A stretch of 64,000 bases of DNA from Clostridia bacterium (GTDB lineage Bacteria; Bacillota; Clostridia; UMGS1883; UMGS1540), in assembly GCA_045533905.1 (NCBI GenBank), contig JAZSIR010000021.1:32001-96000 (forward strand), given 5' to 3'. This document shows, in pieces, positions 8,994-20,324 of this stretch. The notes below the pieces were generated by a model that ran no database searches, was not told the DNA's origin, and worked only from the letters and a program-made list of their open reading frames with translations. A program made the translations under genes and the position numbers. Within the stretch, counting starts at the first letter, position 1; every line of letters begins with the position of its first letter.

Positions 8994-11402
8994 CTATTTT
9001 ACCGGCTTTGTGTGCCAGATATTTTCGGCATATTCCGTGACGCTTCTGTCCGCCGCAAAAAGACCTGCACCGGCGATATTGCGAAGCGACATTTTCGTGA
9101 ACGCATCGCGGTCGGCATATACCGCGTCAATTTTATCGTGAATATCGCAGTAAGAAGCAAAATCGGCAAGGCACATGAAGGGGTCGCGACTTATGAGGCT
9201 ATCATAAATTGTATCAAAATTCTTGCCGCCAACGCCGCCGTGTTTGATAAATTCCAGAACGTCGCGGATGGCGCCGTTTTCATCATAATACTTTCTCGGG
9301 CTGTAGCCGCTTTGATATAAGGCATTTACCTCGGGCGTGGAAAGACCGAAAATGAAGATATTCTCTGCCCCTACGGATTCGAAAATTTCGACGTTTGCGC
9401 CGTCCATCGTGCCGCATGTTACGGCACCGTTTATCATAAGCTTCATATTGCCCGTGCCCGAAGCTTCTTTACCTGCCTGCGAAATCTGTTCGCTGATATC
9501 GGCGGCCGGAATGATAATTTCGGCAAGGGAAACGCGGTAGTCGGCAATGAACACAACCTTAATATATTCGCGCACCTCGGGGTCTCTTTCAATCATATCG
9601 GAAAGGGCCGAGATAAGGCGGATGATTTCCTTTGCCATATAGTAGCCCTTTGAGGCTTTTGCGGCAAAGATAAAGGTTTTCGGCTCGGGACGAAGGCCTT
9701 CAAACTTAATTTTTCTGTACATATACAGAATGTGCAGAACATTTAAAAGCTGCCGCTTATATTCATGAAGACGCTTTACCTGCACATCAAAAATGGAGTT
9801 CGGGTCAAGCGTGATGCCGTTGACTCTTGCCACATAGCCTGCAAGGCGCTTTTTATTGTCAAGCTTGATTTCGCGAAGGCGCGAGAGCACCTCGGCATCG
9901 TCCGCATACTCTCTAAAACGTGCAATATCCCAAAGGTTCTTTTCGAAGCCTCTGCCGATTTTTTCCGTCAGAAGTTCCGCGAGCCCCGGGTTTGCCTGGC
10001 AAAGCCATCTTCTGTGGGCAATGCCGTTTGTAACATTCGTAAGTTTTTCGGGGAACACGGCGTGAAATGCACGGAACGTATCTTCTTTGAGAATTTCCGA
10101 GTGGAGCTTCGATACACCGTTTACGCTGTAGCACGAAGCCATACAGAGGTTTGCCATTTTCACCATACCATCGGAGAGAATGGACATTTCGTTAAGGCTT
10201 CCCGAAAATGCAGTATGCTTTTCGAAAATCTCCGCGCAAAAACGGCGGTTAATTTCTTCAATAATCGTATAAATACGCGGCAGGATGGGACGGAAAAGGT
10301 CCACGGGCCACTTTTCAAGCGCTTCGCTCATAACGGTGTGGTTTGTGTAGGCGAGCGTTTTCGTGGTGATTTCCCAAGCTCTGTCCCACAGATAGCCGTA
10401 ATCGTCCATCAAAATGCGCATAAGCTCCGGCACACAAAGGGACGGATGCGTATCATTGATGTGAATGACAACCTTATCCGCGAGATTATCAAATGTGTTA
10501 TATTTTGTAAAATGCTTCCGCGTAATTTCCTGCAGCGATGCCGATACAAAGAAATACTGCTGGCGGATGCGGAGGGATTTGCCGTTATAATTATCGTCGG
10601 CAGGATACAAAACCTTCGAAATGGAGCTTGCAATCGCTTCTTTTTCGGAGGCCTTGCCGTGTTCGCCCTGCGCAAACAGATCCATATCAAAGCCGTGGCG
10701 CGTTTTGGCGCCCCAGAGGCGAAGGGTGTTGACAGCTTCGGTGTCATACCCAGAAATTAAAAGGTCGTGCGGTACGGCCGTAATCGGCACATAGTTTGTG
10801 TGCTCGGTGGTAAGGCCCTTTTCCGTCCAGTTTTCGTGCACATCGCCGTAAAAGCGGACTTCAACCGCTTCATCATTTCGCGGCACAAGCCACTGGCCGC
10901 CCATTTCGAGCCAGTCATCGGGGAACTCCGTCTGCCAGCCATCCACGATAACCTGCTTGAAAATACCGAAATCGTATTTGATGGAGTAGCCGGTGGCGGG
11001 ATAGGAAAGACTTGTCAGGGCATCCATATAGCAGGAAGCAAGACGACCGAGGCCGCCGTTACCGAGCCCTGCGTCAGGTTCCATTTCGTAAAGCTCTTCG
11101 ATATCGACGCCTGCCTCGGAAAGCATTGCGGCGACATCCTCTTCGATGCCGAGGTTCCACAGGTTATTACGAAGCGAGGTGCCCACCAGAAATTCCATAG
11201 ACATATAGTACACTTTTTTGGCCTCCGCCTCGCGCACCTTTTTGGAAAAGGCGTATTTCTTTTCGGCCAACACTTCGTTTGTAGCATGCAGCACCGCTTC
11301 ATACATCTGGCGGCGACTTGCCGTTTCCATATCGCTGCCGAAATGAATTTTCAAATATTCCGAAACTTTATCTTTAAATGTTTCCGAAGAAATGTTTGTC
11401 AT
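8994..11402 (-). CDS. glgP: Glycogen/maltodextrin phosphorylase
   Basis: GLGNGGLGRLA, INDTHP, KRLHEYKRQ and EASGTGNMK motifs. Confidence 0.97.
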   Translation of the reverse strand: MTNISSETFKDKVSEYLKIHFGSDMETASRRQMYEAVLHATNEVLAEKKYAFSKKVREAEAKKVYYMSMEFLVGTSLRNNLWNLGIEEDVAAMLSEAGVDIEELYEMEPDAGLGNGGLGRLASCYMDALTSLSYPATGYSIKYDFGIFKQVIVDGWQTEFPDDWLEMGGQWLVPRNDEAVEVRFYGDVHENWTEKGLTTEHTNYVPITAVPHDLLISGYDTEAVNTLRLWGAKTRHGFDMDLFAQGEHGKASEKEAIASSISKVLYPADDNYNGKSLRIRQQYFFVSASLQEITRKHFTKYNTFDNLADKVVIHINDTHPSLCVPELMRILMDDYGYLWDRAWEITTKTLAYTNHTVMSEALEKWPVDLFRPILPRIYTIIEEINRRFCAEIFEKHTAFSGSLNEMSILSDGMVKMANLCMASCYSVNGVSKLHSEILKEDTFRAFHAVFPEKLTNVTNGIAHRRWLCQANPGLAELLTEKIGRGFEKNLWDIARFREYADDAEVLSRLREIKLDNKKRLAGYVARVNGITLDPNSIFDVQVKRLHEYKRQLLNVLHILYMYRKIKFEGLRPEPKTFIFAAKASKGYYMAKEIIRLISALSDMIERDPEVREYIKVVFIADYRVSLAEIIIPAADISEQISQAGKEASGTGNMKLMINGAVTCGTMDGANVEIFESVGAENIFIFGLSTPEVNALYQSGYSPRKYYDENGAIRDVLEFIKHGGVGGKNFDTIYDSLISRDPFMCLADFASYCDIHDKIDAVYADRDAFTKMSLRNIAGAGLFAADRSVTEYAENIWHTKPVK

Positions 11403-11419
11403 ATTTTTCTTCCTCCCCC

Positions 11420-12841
11420 TTACAGTAATTCCCTATACATCGAAATATATGCATCGGCAGCGCCTCGCCAGCTCACATCCCGCGCCATGGCATTTTTGCG
11501 AAGCTTTGTAAAGTGCGGTTTGTTATGGTAAAGCGAAATGGCGCGGCGAACCGCATCCAGCATATCATACGCGTTGTAGCTCTGGAAGGTGATACCGTTC
11601 CCTTCTCCCGTCTCGGGGTTATACGCTTCTACCGTATCGCGAAGGCCGCCCACGGTGTGCACAATCGGCACGGTGCCGTAGCGCATCGCAATCATCTGCG
11701 AAAGGCCACACGGCTCGGATTTTGAAGGCATCAGGAAAAGATCTGCACCTGCATAAATCTTGGAGGCGAGTGCTTTGGAGAATTTCACAACGCCGCGCAC
11801 CTTGTCGTGGCATCTTCCTTCCCACTCGCGCATCATCGTCTCATATTCCCAGCTTCCGGTGCCGAGCACGATAAGCTGCATCGGAAGGGCGGAAAATTCG
11901 TCCATAATCTCATAGAAAAGGTCGAGCCCCTTCTGCTTTGTAAGGCGGGTGACCATACCGATAAGCGGCACATTTTCTTCCGTGGAAAGCGCCATCTCTT
12001 TCTGGAGCGCGATTTTATTATGCCGCTTATTCTGAAGGGTTGCGGCAGAATAGCGCGTTTTGATTTCGGGGTCTGTACCGGGGTCAAACACTTCTGTATC
12101 GAGCCCGTTTACAATGCCGCGGAGTTTATGGCGGCGCGCCCCTAAAATATGATGCAGACCGAAGGAATGCTCGGGCGCAAGGATTTCCTCCGCATAGCTT
12201 TGGCTTACGGTGGAAACGAGGTCCGCCGATTCAATGCCGCCCTTTAAGACATTGACGTCCCCATCATAAAGCATAACGGATTTCTGCGCTTCCGAAAGGC
12301 CGAAAAGCTCGCCTAAAATATACGGGTCAAACTTGCCCTGAAACTCGATATTATGAATAGAAAGCACCGTTTTGATATTCTGATACTCTTCGCGGTGGCG
12401 GTAAAAAGCATTGAGATACACGGGGACCATCGCCGTATGCCAGTCATTGGCATGGATAATGTCGGGCATAAAGTCAATTATGGGAAGCACTTCCAAAACG
12501 GTTCTTGAGAAGAAGGCGAAAATCTCGCCGTCATCATACGCGCCGTACACACTGTCCCGCTTAAAGTATTGCTCATTATCGATAAAATAATAGGTTACGC
12601 CGCCCTCTATGGCGCGGAAAATGCCGCAATAGCTTTTGCGCCAGCTGTTTTCGACGGTGATATTCGTTATATATTCCATCTTCTCGCGCATTTCGGGAGA
12701 GATGGCAGAATAGAGCGGCAAAATCACGCGGGCATCCACGCCCATACGGACAAGTTCTTTCGGAAGGCCGCCCATAACATCTCCAAGCCCGCCGACTTTA
12801 ATAAACGGAGAAGCCTCTGCGGCTGCAAATAAAATCTTCAT
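11420..12841 (-). CDS. glgA: Glycogen synthase
   Basis: KVGGLGDV, HANDWHT and EPCGLSQ motifs. Confidence 0.96.
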   Translation of the reverse strand: MKILFAAAEASPFIKVGGLGDVMGGLPKELVRMGVDARVILPLYSAISPEMREKMEYITNITVENSWRKSYCGIFRAIEGGVTYYFIDNEQYFKRDSVYGAYDDGEIFAFFSRTVLEVLPIIDFMPDIIHANDWHTAMVPVYLNAFYRHREEYQNIKTVLSIHNIEFQGKFDPYILGELFGLSEAQKSVMLYDGDVNVLKGGIESADLVSTVSQSYAEEILAPEHSFGLHHILGARRHKLRGIVNGLDTEVFDPGTDPEIKTRYSAATLQNKRHNKIALQKEMALSTEENVPLIGMVTRLTKQKGLDLFYEIMDEFSALPMQLIVLGTGSWEYETMMREWEGRCHDKVRGVVKFSKALASKIYAGADLFLMPSKSEPCGLSQMIAMRYGTVPIVHTVGGLRDTVEAYNPETGEGNGITFQSYNAYDMLDAVRRAISLYHNKPHFTKLRKNAMARDVSWRGAADAYISMYRELL

Positions 12842-12860
12842 TTCTGACCCCTCATTTACG

Positions 12861-12921
12861 AAATAGCCATTGGATATTCCAATGGCTATTTCAGTATATC
12901 ACATATTTTGCTTTTTGCCAA
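12861..12921 (-). promoter_or_regulatory. Internal sigma-A-like promoter for glgA-glgP-malQ, with a 14-bp inverted repeat over the predicted start site
   Basis: TTGGCA(12921-12916)-N17-TATACT(12898-12893); AAATAGCCATTGGA-tat-TCCAATGGCTATTT at 12861-12891. Confidence 0.55.
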
Positions 12922-12929
12922 GACCTAGT

Positions 12930-14039
12930 TTACACCGTTTTCCCCTTTTTTATAATAAACGGGCAACTTTCCGTACCGAAAAGACGGCGACCGGCACCGA
13001 CGACAACATCCTTGTCCGTAATCACGCTCTCAAGCTCGGTCCCTTCTTCAATCACAGTACCCTGCATAATGATGGAATTTCGGATACGCGCGCCCTTTTT
13101 AATGACCACATCGCGGAAGATGATGCAGTTTTCCACCGTGCCGTCGATAACGGAGCCGTCCGCAACGAGTGAATCGCAGATTTTGGCTTCCTCGCCGTAC
13201 ATCGTGGGCACAGAGTCCTTAATCCGTGTTAAAATCTGGTTCTTGCCGTGGAAAAGCTCGAGGCGCACATCTTTTTTGAGAAGCTCCATATTCGTTTTGT
13301 AGAAGGTTTCCACGCTGTCAATCACCGAGATGTAGCCGTCTACACGGTAGCCGTAAATGCGATATTCCGAAAAGCCGTGCGCGATGACATCCTTCTTGAA
13401 GGAATACCACCCGTAGGTGATACCCTTTTCGATAAGCGAAATGAGAAGCTCCTTCTTCAGAATCATAAGCTCCAGCTGGGTGTTCTTCTCCTCCTCGTGC
13501 GGATACTGGTGAAACATCGTATCCACCACGCGGCCGTCTCCGTCCAGCATAATCTCAAGATTTCGCGTTTTGGTGTTCCGGCACGCATACGCCACGGTAA
13601 TATCGGCATTTTTCTCTTTATGATATTCCATAAACTTTTTAAGGTCTATGTTCATAACGATGTTAGAGTCGCACAGAATGCAATATTCAGGCAGTGCGCT
13701 TTTAATAAAATCCATCACGCTGTTTAAGGCTTCGATTTTATTGCCGAAAAAGGCCGTGTCCGCATCGTGGAGGAACGGCGTCAGGAATTTGATGCCGCCG
13801 TTTTTGCGGTTTAAGTCCCAGTCCTTGCCCCAGCCGACGTGGTCCATAAGAGAGCCGTACTTATTTCGCGTGACAAGCCCTATCGTATGCACATTGGCCC
13901 CTACGAGTGAGGAAAGCGCAAAGTCCACAATTCTGTACCGTGCACCAAACGGAATGGAAGCGAGCGTGCGGCCATCCGCAAGCTCTGAAAGGTCCAGCTT
14001 TTCATAGCTGTCTGCAAAAAGTATACAAAATGCGTTCAT
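12930..14039 (-). CDS. glgD: ADP-glucose pyrophosphorylase subunit GlgD
   Basis: IPFGARYRIVDF, GKDWDLNRKNGG, C-terminal hexapeptide repeats; follows glgC. Confidence 0.92.
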   Translation of the reverse strand: MNAFCILFADSYEKLDLSELADGRTLASIPFGARYRIVDFALSSLVGANVHTIGLVTRNKYGSLMDHVGWGKDWDLNRKNGGIKFLTPFLHDADTAFFGNKIEALNSVMDFIKSALPEYCILCDSNIVMNIDLKKFMEYHKEKNADITVAYACRNTKTRNLEIMLDGDGRVVDTMFHQYPHEEEKNTQLELMILKKELLISLIEKGITYGWYSFKKDVIAHGFSEYRIYGYRVDGYISVIDSVETFYKTNMELLKKDVRLELFHGKNQILTRIKDSVPTMYGEEAKICDSLVADGSVIDGTVENCIIFRDVVIKKGARIRNSIIMQGTVIEEGTELESVITDKDVVVGAGRRLFGTESCPFIIKKGKTV

Positions 14040-14050
14040 TTCGCTCCCCC

Positions 14051-15262
14051 CTATTCTCTTCCATAGCCGGGCTCAATCATTTCTCCCGCGCGCACAATCT
14101 GTCCCTTTTTTACCACGGCGCCCTGCCCCACAACGGCAATGCCCCATTTTTCCCCTTCCGAAAGGCTTTCGGGCGCGGCACCGACCACGGCGCCTTCTTC
14201 AATCACGGCATCGTCCGCTACAATAGCGTAGCGCACCTTCGCGCCTTCCGCGATGCGCGTATTGCGCATCGCAACGGAGTATTCCACCTCAGCACCCGCC
14301 TCCACCGAAACATTCGAAAACAAAATAGAGTAATTCAGTTTCCCGTTTACGAAGCAATCCTCCGTAACCATAGAATTGATAATTTCCGCATTACTGCTTA
14401 TGTAATGCGGCGTGGTTACATCGTGGCGGCAGTAAATGCGCCACAGGGGATCCCAGATATTAATGGCGATGCTCGGATTCAGAAGGTCCATATTGGCTTC
14501 CCAGAGATTTTCGATGGTTCCTACGTCCTTCCAGTACCCGTCAAAGGGATAGGCAAACATCCGCTCGCCCGCTTCGAGCATGGCGGGGATGACGTTTTTG
14601 CCGAAGTCATTGGCACTCGCCTCGCCCTTCTCTTCATCTTCAATCAGATACTGGCGAAGCTTTTTCCAGTTAAATATGTAAATCCCCATCGAAGCCTTTG
14701 TGGATTTCGGTTCTTTCGGCTTTTCCTCAAATTCGAAGATAGAAAGGTCCTCGCGCGTGTTCATAATGCCGTAGCTCGAGGCCTCGTCAATCGGCACATC
14801 CATAACGGCAATCGTCGCATCCGCATTTTTCTCCTTGTGGAAGCGGAGCATCCTGGCATAGTCCATTTTATAGACGTGGTCGCCGGATAGCACGAGAACA
14901 TACTCGGGATCATACTGCTCAATGAAGTTCATATTCTGGTACACAGCGTTTGCCGTGCCCTTATACCACGAGGCAGAGGAGCCCGTGTAGGGCGGCAGAA
15001 TATATACACCGCCGTGCATTCTGTCTAAATCCCACGGCTGTCCGTTTCCGATATAGGAATTGAGCTCCAGAGGTCTGTACTGCGTTAAAACACCGACGGT
15101 GTCAATCCCCGAATTGGTGCAGTTCGACAGCGTAAAATCAATAATTCTGTACTTGCCGCCAAACGGGACCGCAGGCTTTGCGCGCTGATTCGTAAGTACA
15201 TATAAGCGATTTCCCTGCCCGCCCGCAAGGAGCATGGCAATCATTTCTTTTTTCTTCGCCAC
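14051..15262 (-). CDS. glgC: Glucose-1-phosphate adenylyltransferase
   Basis: [30 protein letters not shown] and YWKDVGT motifs. Confidence 0.96.
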   Translation of the reverse strand: MAKKKEMIAMLLAGGQGNRLYVLTNQRAKPAVPFGGKYRIIDFTLSNCTNSGIDTVGVLTQYRPLELNSYIGNGQPWDLDRMHGGVYILPPYTGSSASWYKGTANAVYQNMNFIEQYDPEYVLVLSGDHVYKMDYARMLRFHKEKNADATIAVMDVPIDEASSYGIMNTREDLSIFEFEEKPKEPKSTKASMGIYIFNWKKLRQYLIEDEEKGEASANDFGKNVIPAMLEAGERMFAYPFDGYWKDVGTIENLWEANMDLLNPSIAINIWDPLWRIYCRHDVTTPHYISSNAEIINSMVTEDCFVNGKLNYSILFSNVSVEAGAEVEYSVAMRNTRIAEGAKVRYAIVADDAVIEEGAVVGAAPESLSEGEKWGIAVVGQGAVVKKGQIVRAGEMIEPGYGRE

Positions 15263-15285
15263 CTTGGGTTTCCCTCCAAACTATT

Positions 15286-17178
15286 TTACTTTTCGCCCTT
15301 CTTTGCTGCTTTTTTATAAAAATACATCGTGGAAAATGCGGGAAGCGAGAGCGCCACTGTATACGGCCGCCCGTGCATTTCTCCCTTTTCCGCGCGCACC
15401 TTTCCGTTTATAAGGCCGCTGCCGCCGTATTCTGCGGCATCTGTGGAAAACACTTCCTCATATACGCCGCGGCGTGGCACACCGATTTTATAGTTCTCCT
15501 GCACTTTGCCGGAGAAGTTGCTGACCGCGAGCAGGAGATTGCCCTTCTTATCCTTCCGGAAGAACGAAATGATGTTATTCGAATCATCGTCAAGCGCCGC
15601 CCAGTCGAATCCCTCCCACGAGGTGTCCTCCTCCCATAACGGCGCATACTTCTGATAGGTGCGGTTCATAGCCGCCACAAATTTCTTATGCTTTTCGTGC
15701 GCTTCGAACGAAAGAAGGTTCCAGTCGAGCTCCCGTTCCTCGTTCCACTCGATAAACTGCCCGATCTCCGTGCCCATAAAGAGAAGCTTTTTGCCGGGAT
15801 GCGCAAACATATAGCCGAGATAGGCGCGCACATTTGCGAATTTATCCTCGTATCCGCCCGGCATTTTCGATAAAATCGAAGCTTTGCCGTGCACCACCTC
15901 ATCGTGTGAGAGGGGCAGAATAAAGTTTTCGGAAAAGGCATATGTTAAAGAAAATGTCAGGTTATTATGGACGCCGCGCCGAAAAAACGGGTCGCTTTGC
16001 ATATAGCGGAGGGAATCGTTCATCCATCCCATATTCCACTTGTAGTTAAAGCCAAGCCCGCCCTCACTTACGGGGTGAGTGATAAGAGGCCACGCCGTCG
16101 ATTCCTCCGCAATCATCATAATGCCGGGGAACTCTGCGAACACGCGGGTATTGAGCGCCTGCAAAAAGCTTTTGGCTTCGAGATTGCCGTTGCCGCCGTA
16201 TTCGTTCGGGCGCCACTCGCCATCCTTCTTGCCGTAATCGAGGTAAAGCATCGAGGCGACCGCGTCCACACGGAGGCCGTCCACGTGGTATTTGTCAAAC
16301 CAGAAGGCGGCATTCGAAATTAAAAAGCAGCGGACCTCGTTTCTGCCATAATCAAAAATGCGCGTGCCCCAGTCGGGATGTTCTCTTTTCAAGGGGTCCG
16401 CATATTCATAAAGGCAGGTGCCGTCAAATTCATAAAGGCCGTGCGCATCCTTCGGGAAGTGGGCGGGCACCCAGTCGAGAATAACGCCGATGCCGTTTTG
16501 GTGGCACAAATCCACAAAATGCATAAAATCCTTCGGGGTGCCGTATCGTGCGGTGGGGGCGTAGTACCCCGTCACCTGATAGCCCCAGGATTTATCGTAG
16601 GGATATTCGGAAACGGGCATCACCTCGATATGTGTAAAGCCCATTTCTTTTACATACGGAATCAGCTCCTCTGCAAGCTTTTCATAACTGAAGGCGTTGC
16701 CGTCGGCATACTTTCGCCACGAGCCGAGGTGCATTTCATATATACTGACAGGCGCGTGGTACGGCGCCTTCCGCGCTTCCATCCACTTCTTGTCCTGCCA
16801 TCTGTAGCCGGCAAGCGTATAGACCTTAGAGGCCGTGCCCGGCTTTTCCTCCGCGTGGAAGGCATAGGGGTCGGCCTTCAGAAATTCGCGGCCGTCGGCT
16901 AAAACAATTCTGTATTTATAACTGTCAAATTCCTTTACGCCTTCGACAACACACTCGAAAACGCCGCCGCCTGTGATGCGCCACGCGCGGTTTCTGTAAG
17001 AATCCCAATCATTAAAAGAGCCGACAACATACACCTCTGCCGCGTTTGGACACCAGACGCGGAAGGTACACGTGTCGCCCTCCATATGCGCACCGAGATA
17101 CGAATAGGCGGTATAATTCGTTCCTTCATGGAATAAATATTCCGCTAAAGCCGTCTCTTCTCTCCCTTTGCTCTCCAT
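15286..17178 (-). CDS. glgB: 1,4-alpha-glucan branching enzyme
   Basis: YEMHLGSW, SWGYQ, DGLRVDAVASM, AEEST and LSHDEVVHGK motifs. Confidence 0.96.
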   Translation of the reverse strand: MESKGREETALAEYLFHEGTNYTAYSYLGAHMEGDTCTFRVWCPNAAEVYVVGSFNDWDSYRNRAWRITGGGVFECVVEGVKEFDSYKYRIVLADGREFLKADPYAFHAEEKPGTASKVYTLAGYRWQDKKWMEARKAPYHAPVSIYEMHLGSWRKYADGNAFSYEKLAEELIPYVKEMGFTHIEVMPVSEYPYDKSWGYQVTGYYAPTARYGTPKDFMHFVDLCHQNGIGVILDWVPAHFPKDAHGLYEFDGTCLYEYADPLKREHPDWGTRIFDYGRNEVRCFLISNAAFWFDKYHVDGLRVDAVASMLYLDYGKKDGEWRPNEYGGNGNLEAKSFLQALNTRVFAEFPGIMMIAEESTAWPLITHPVSEGGLGFNYKWNMGWMNDSLRYMQSDPFFRRGVHNNLTFSLTYAFSENFILPLSHDEVVHGKASILSKMPGGYEDKFANVRAYLGYMFAHPGKKLLFMGTEIGQFIEWNEERELDWNLLSFEAHEKHKKFVAAMNRTYQKYAPLWEEDTSWEGFDWAALDDDSNNIISFFRKDKKGNLLLAVSNFSGKVQENYKIGVPRRGVYEEVFSTDAAEYGGSGLINGKVRAEKGEMHGRPYTVALSLPAFSTMYFYKKAAKKGEK

Positions 17179-17386
17179 TTTGTCACCTGCCTATATATGT
17201 CTTTGTATATATTGTATCATATCCGCTTATGTTTGTACAGAACTTTTATAAAAAGTTACCATTTTTGTGCAAATTTTATAGACTTCCCGCGTGTTTTTCG
17301 TGCTTTTTATGCCCCGGATGTATTGACAAACCGACGTGGGGAGAGTATTCTAAATACAAGCCTTACTGTCGGAGGGCACATTTTAT

Positions 17387-19228
17387 ATGCTGCAAGTTTT
17401 TTATGATTCGAAAAACGAAATATGCAAAAAACCGTTCGGCGCCGTGAAAACGGACGAAGCTGTCCGGTTTTCTTTGTATGTCTCGGGGGACGATTTGCCA
17501 AAAGGCGCTGCCTTCATCTATCGGGCGGACGCGTCACCGGATTCCATATATATCCCCATGACGCGCACGGAAGAACGGGAAGGTGGCGCCGTTTTTACGG
17601 CCGAGGTCTCTTTTCCCTGTGCGGATTTATATTTTTACCGCTTTGAACTGCAACGGCGCGAGGATGTTTTCTTTGTGGGCCTTTCGGGCGGCGTGGCCGC
17701 CATCGGCGACTGGCTCGGCGAGTGGCAGCTCACGGTGTACGATGCCGGTTTCCGGACGCCGCATTGGGCACGCGGCGGCATTCTATATCAAATTTTCCCC
17801 GACCGGTTCCGGAAAAGCGACGATTTTTCGCCGCTCCCTTCCAAAAACGAGCGAAAAATGCACGACGACTGGTATGATATACCCGAATTTATCTATGACA
17901 CGCCCGACTATCGCGCGAACGATTATTTCGGCGGCAACATTTTGGGTATTATAGGAAAAATTCCGTATCTGCAGACGCTGGGCGTGACGGCCATATACCT
18001 AAACCCCGTTTTTGAAAGCCCGGAATATCACCGCTACAGTACGGGTGATTACAAAAATATTGACCCCTATTTCGGCACAAACGAACAGTTTGAGGCGCTT
18101 TGCACCGCGTGCCGCAAGGCAGGAATCCGCGTAGTACTCGACGGCGTTTTCAGCCACACGGGCGCAGACAGCGTATATTTTAATAAGTATGGGCATTACG
18201 AGAGCGTAGGTGCGGCAAATTCCAAAGACTCTCCTTATTATAACTGGTACTCCTTTATAAAATACCCCGAAACGTACGAAAGCTGGTGGGGTTTTGAAAA
18301 TTTACCGAATGTCCGCGAAACACGCCCTGATTATATGGAATTTATTACAGGAGAAGGCGGCGTTCTCTCCTTCTGGCAGGAGAAAGGCGCCGGTGGCTGG
18401 CGGCTTGATGTGGCGGATGAGCTTCCCGATGCTTTCCTCGACAGTCTCTATGCCCGCGTGAAAAAAGAGGACCCCGAAGCGCTCGTTATCGGCGAAGTGT
18501 GGGAGGATGCGACGAATAAATTCGCCTATGGTATCCGCCGCCGCTATCTACTCGGCCGGCAGATGGACAGCGTGATGAACTATCCGTGGCGCACCGCCAT
18601 TTTGGAGTTTGTAAAGGACGGCGATGCCGCGCTTTTCGAAAGCCGTCTCCTTTCTATCCTCGAAAACTATCCCGAGCCTGCACTGCACACGCTTATGAAC
18701 TCCCTTTCGACGCATGACACCGTGCGCGCCATAACGTTTTTTGGCGTGGAGCACGACGTGCCCGACGAAGAGAAGGGCAACTATAAAATGACAGAGGAAG
18801 AATATCAAAACGGACGCGAAAAGCTCATGCGCGCCGCGTTTTTACAGTTTACGCTTCCCGGTATTCCTTGCATCTATTACGGGGATGAGGTTGGGCTTTC
18901 CGGCTTCCGCGATCCGTATTGCCGCATGGCGTACCCGTGGGGGCGCGAGGACGCGGCACTCTTTACGTTCTTCAAAAGCCTTGCCGCAGTACGCTCGGCG
19001 CACAGGGAGGACTTTTCTTCTCCTTTTAAGCCATATGCAAGAGAAGACGGACTCTACGCCTTTCTTCGCGGCGGTCTCCTCTGCGCGATAAACGAAGGAA
19101 AAGAGGCGGCGCCGCTTCTTTTCCAAGACCGCGAGTGCATATTCTCCCACGGAAAAGTGGAATTTCAAGATGATGGCGCACGCCTTTCGCCGGGTGCTTT
19201 TGTGCTACTTAAAAAGACTGCAAACTGA
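17387..19228 (+). CDS. GH13 neopullulanase/amylopullulanase-like glycosidase
   Basis: YQIFPDRF, DGVFSH, GWRLDVADE, GEVWED, STHD and YYGDEVG motifs. Confidence 0.9.
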   Translation: MLQVFYDSKNEICKKPFGAVKTDEAVRFSLYVSGDDLPKGAAFIYRADASPDSIYIPMTRTEEREGGAVFTAEVSFPCADLYFYRFELQRREDVFFVGLSGGVAAIGDWLGEWQLTVYDAGFRTPHWARGGILYQIFPDRFRKSDDFSPLPSKNERKMHDDWYDIPEFIYDTPDYRANDYFGGNILGIIGKIPYLQTLGVTAIYLNPVFESPEYHRYSTGDYKNIDPYFGTNEQFEALCTACRKAGIRVVLDGVFSHTGADSVYFNKYGHYESVGAANSKDSPYYNWYSFIKYPETYESWWGFENLPNVRETRPDYMEFITGEGGVLSFWQEKGAGGWRLDVADELPDAFLDSLYARVKKEDPEALVIGEVWEDATNKFAYGIRRRYLLGRQMDSVMNYPWRTAILEFVKDGDAALFESRLLSILENYPEPALHTLMNSLSTHDTVRAITFFGVEHDVPDEEKGNYKMTEEEYQNGREKLMRAAFLQFTLPGIPCIYYGDEVGLSGFRDPYCRMAYPWGREDAALFTFFKSLAAVRSAHREDFSSPFKPYAREDGLYAFLRGGLLCAINEGKEAAPLLFQDRECIFSHGKVEFQDDGARLSPGAFVLLKKTAN

Positions 19229-19243
19229 TGTTTGCAGTCTTTT
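19212..19243. terminator. Bidirectional intrinsic terminator
   Basis: AAAAGACTGCAAAC-tgat-GTTTGCAGTCTTTT between convergent genes. Confidence 0.8.
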
Positions 19244-19245
19244 GT

Positions 19246-20181
19246 TTATATATGGTTTTCGTATCGTTCGGCCGTGATTTTCCCGTCTTCTATTATCAAA
19301 CGGCAAATTCGGGCGGTTCGTTTCTCTTCGTATTCTTGGCCGTATTTAGCGCCGCCCGCAAGGTCACGCGGCTCTCTGCCGTGATAAAATGCATACCACT
19401 CGCCATTATGGAAAAGTACGCTATGGTGCCCCGTGCCTTCCTCAAATTCGTTTTTAATGATAACGGGGGCAAACTCCCCGTTTTCCGTATGCTTTGTAAA
19501 TTCCACTTTCGTAAGGTCTGCCTCCGTAGTCTTGGCCGTGGCGTAGCCGATGTGGTACGTATCGTCCTGATAGCAGCCGCCGCTGTACATAAGGTACTGC
19601 CACTCCCCTTTTTGAAACCAGAATGCACCCTCAATCGTGTGCCACGGATTTTTCACGGGGTCATAGTCGGGCGTGAAAATTTCTTCGTCGAAATCTGCCG
19701 CAAGCTTTTCCACGGGCTTATGCTCGGGGGTGTAGGGGTCAAGAAGGCGGTCTACGAAAATACGCGTGCCGATTCTTTCGCCGTCCCATCTGTTTTCCGA
19801 GTGCCACAGGAAAAGACCGGCTTCGGTTTCTACTGCGTGCGAATCAATGGAAAACTCGGTATACAGCTGCTTTTCGTCCCTAAAAGGTCCAAGCGGTGCG
19901 TCGGATTTTGCCACGTGCATATATTCCTGAAATGTGCCTTCGTCATTGCAGGAAACGTAGATATAATACATGCCCTCATATCGGATAACGGACGGCGCCC
20001 AGTAATCGGTTTTTCCTTCGAATTTTGCCACAATGCCGCAGTATTCCCACTTGCCGAAAATATCGGCGGCTTCATACGCTTCGACGCCCTCCTCCCCCGT
20101 TACATAGAGATAAAAGACATCGCCATCTTTAAAAATAAACGGGTCCGGCTGTGTTCTTTCGTTTGTTATGCGAAGCTTCAT
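19246..20181 (-). CDS. GH43 family glycoside hydrolase
   Basis: PDPF, WAPS, IDSH, IEGA and GTGHHS beta-propeller motifs; start moved to the ATG after GGAGG. Confidence 0.85.
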   Translation of the reverse strand: MKLRITNERTQPDPFIFKDGDVFYLYVTGEEGVEAYEAADIFGKWEYCGIVAKFEGKTDYWAPSVIRYEGMYYIYVSCNDEGTFQEYMHVAKSDAPLGPFRDEKQLYTEFSIDSHAVETEAGLFLWHSENRWDGERIGTRIFVDRLLDPYTPEHKPVEKLAADFDEEIFTPDYDPVKNPWHTIEGAFWFQKGEWQYLMYSGGCYQDDTYHIGYATAKTTEADLTKVEFTKHTENGEFAPVIIKNEFEEGTGHHSVLFHNGEWYAFYHGREPRDLAGGAKYGQEYEEKRTARICRLIIEDGKITAERYENHI

Positions 20182-20324
20182 CTCTTCTCCTCCTTGGTAT
20201 GTACTACCGAAAGTATAGCACACCCGAGAGCCTCTTGGCAAGAGATTTATTTGTCTATTTTAACATTTTTGTAGCACAATATCGCTAAAATGAATATATC
20301 CTATATTTATTTTGGAGTGATTGT

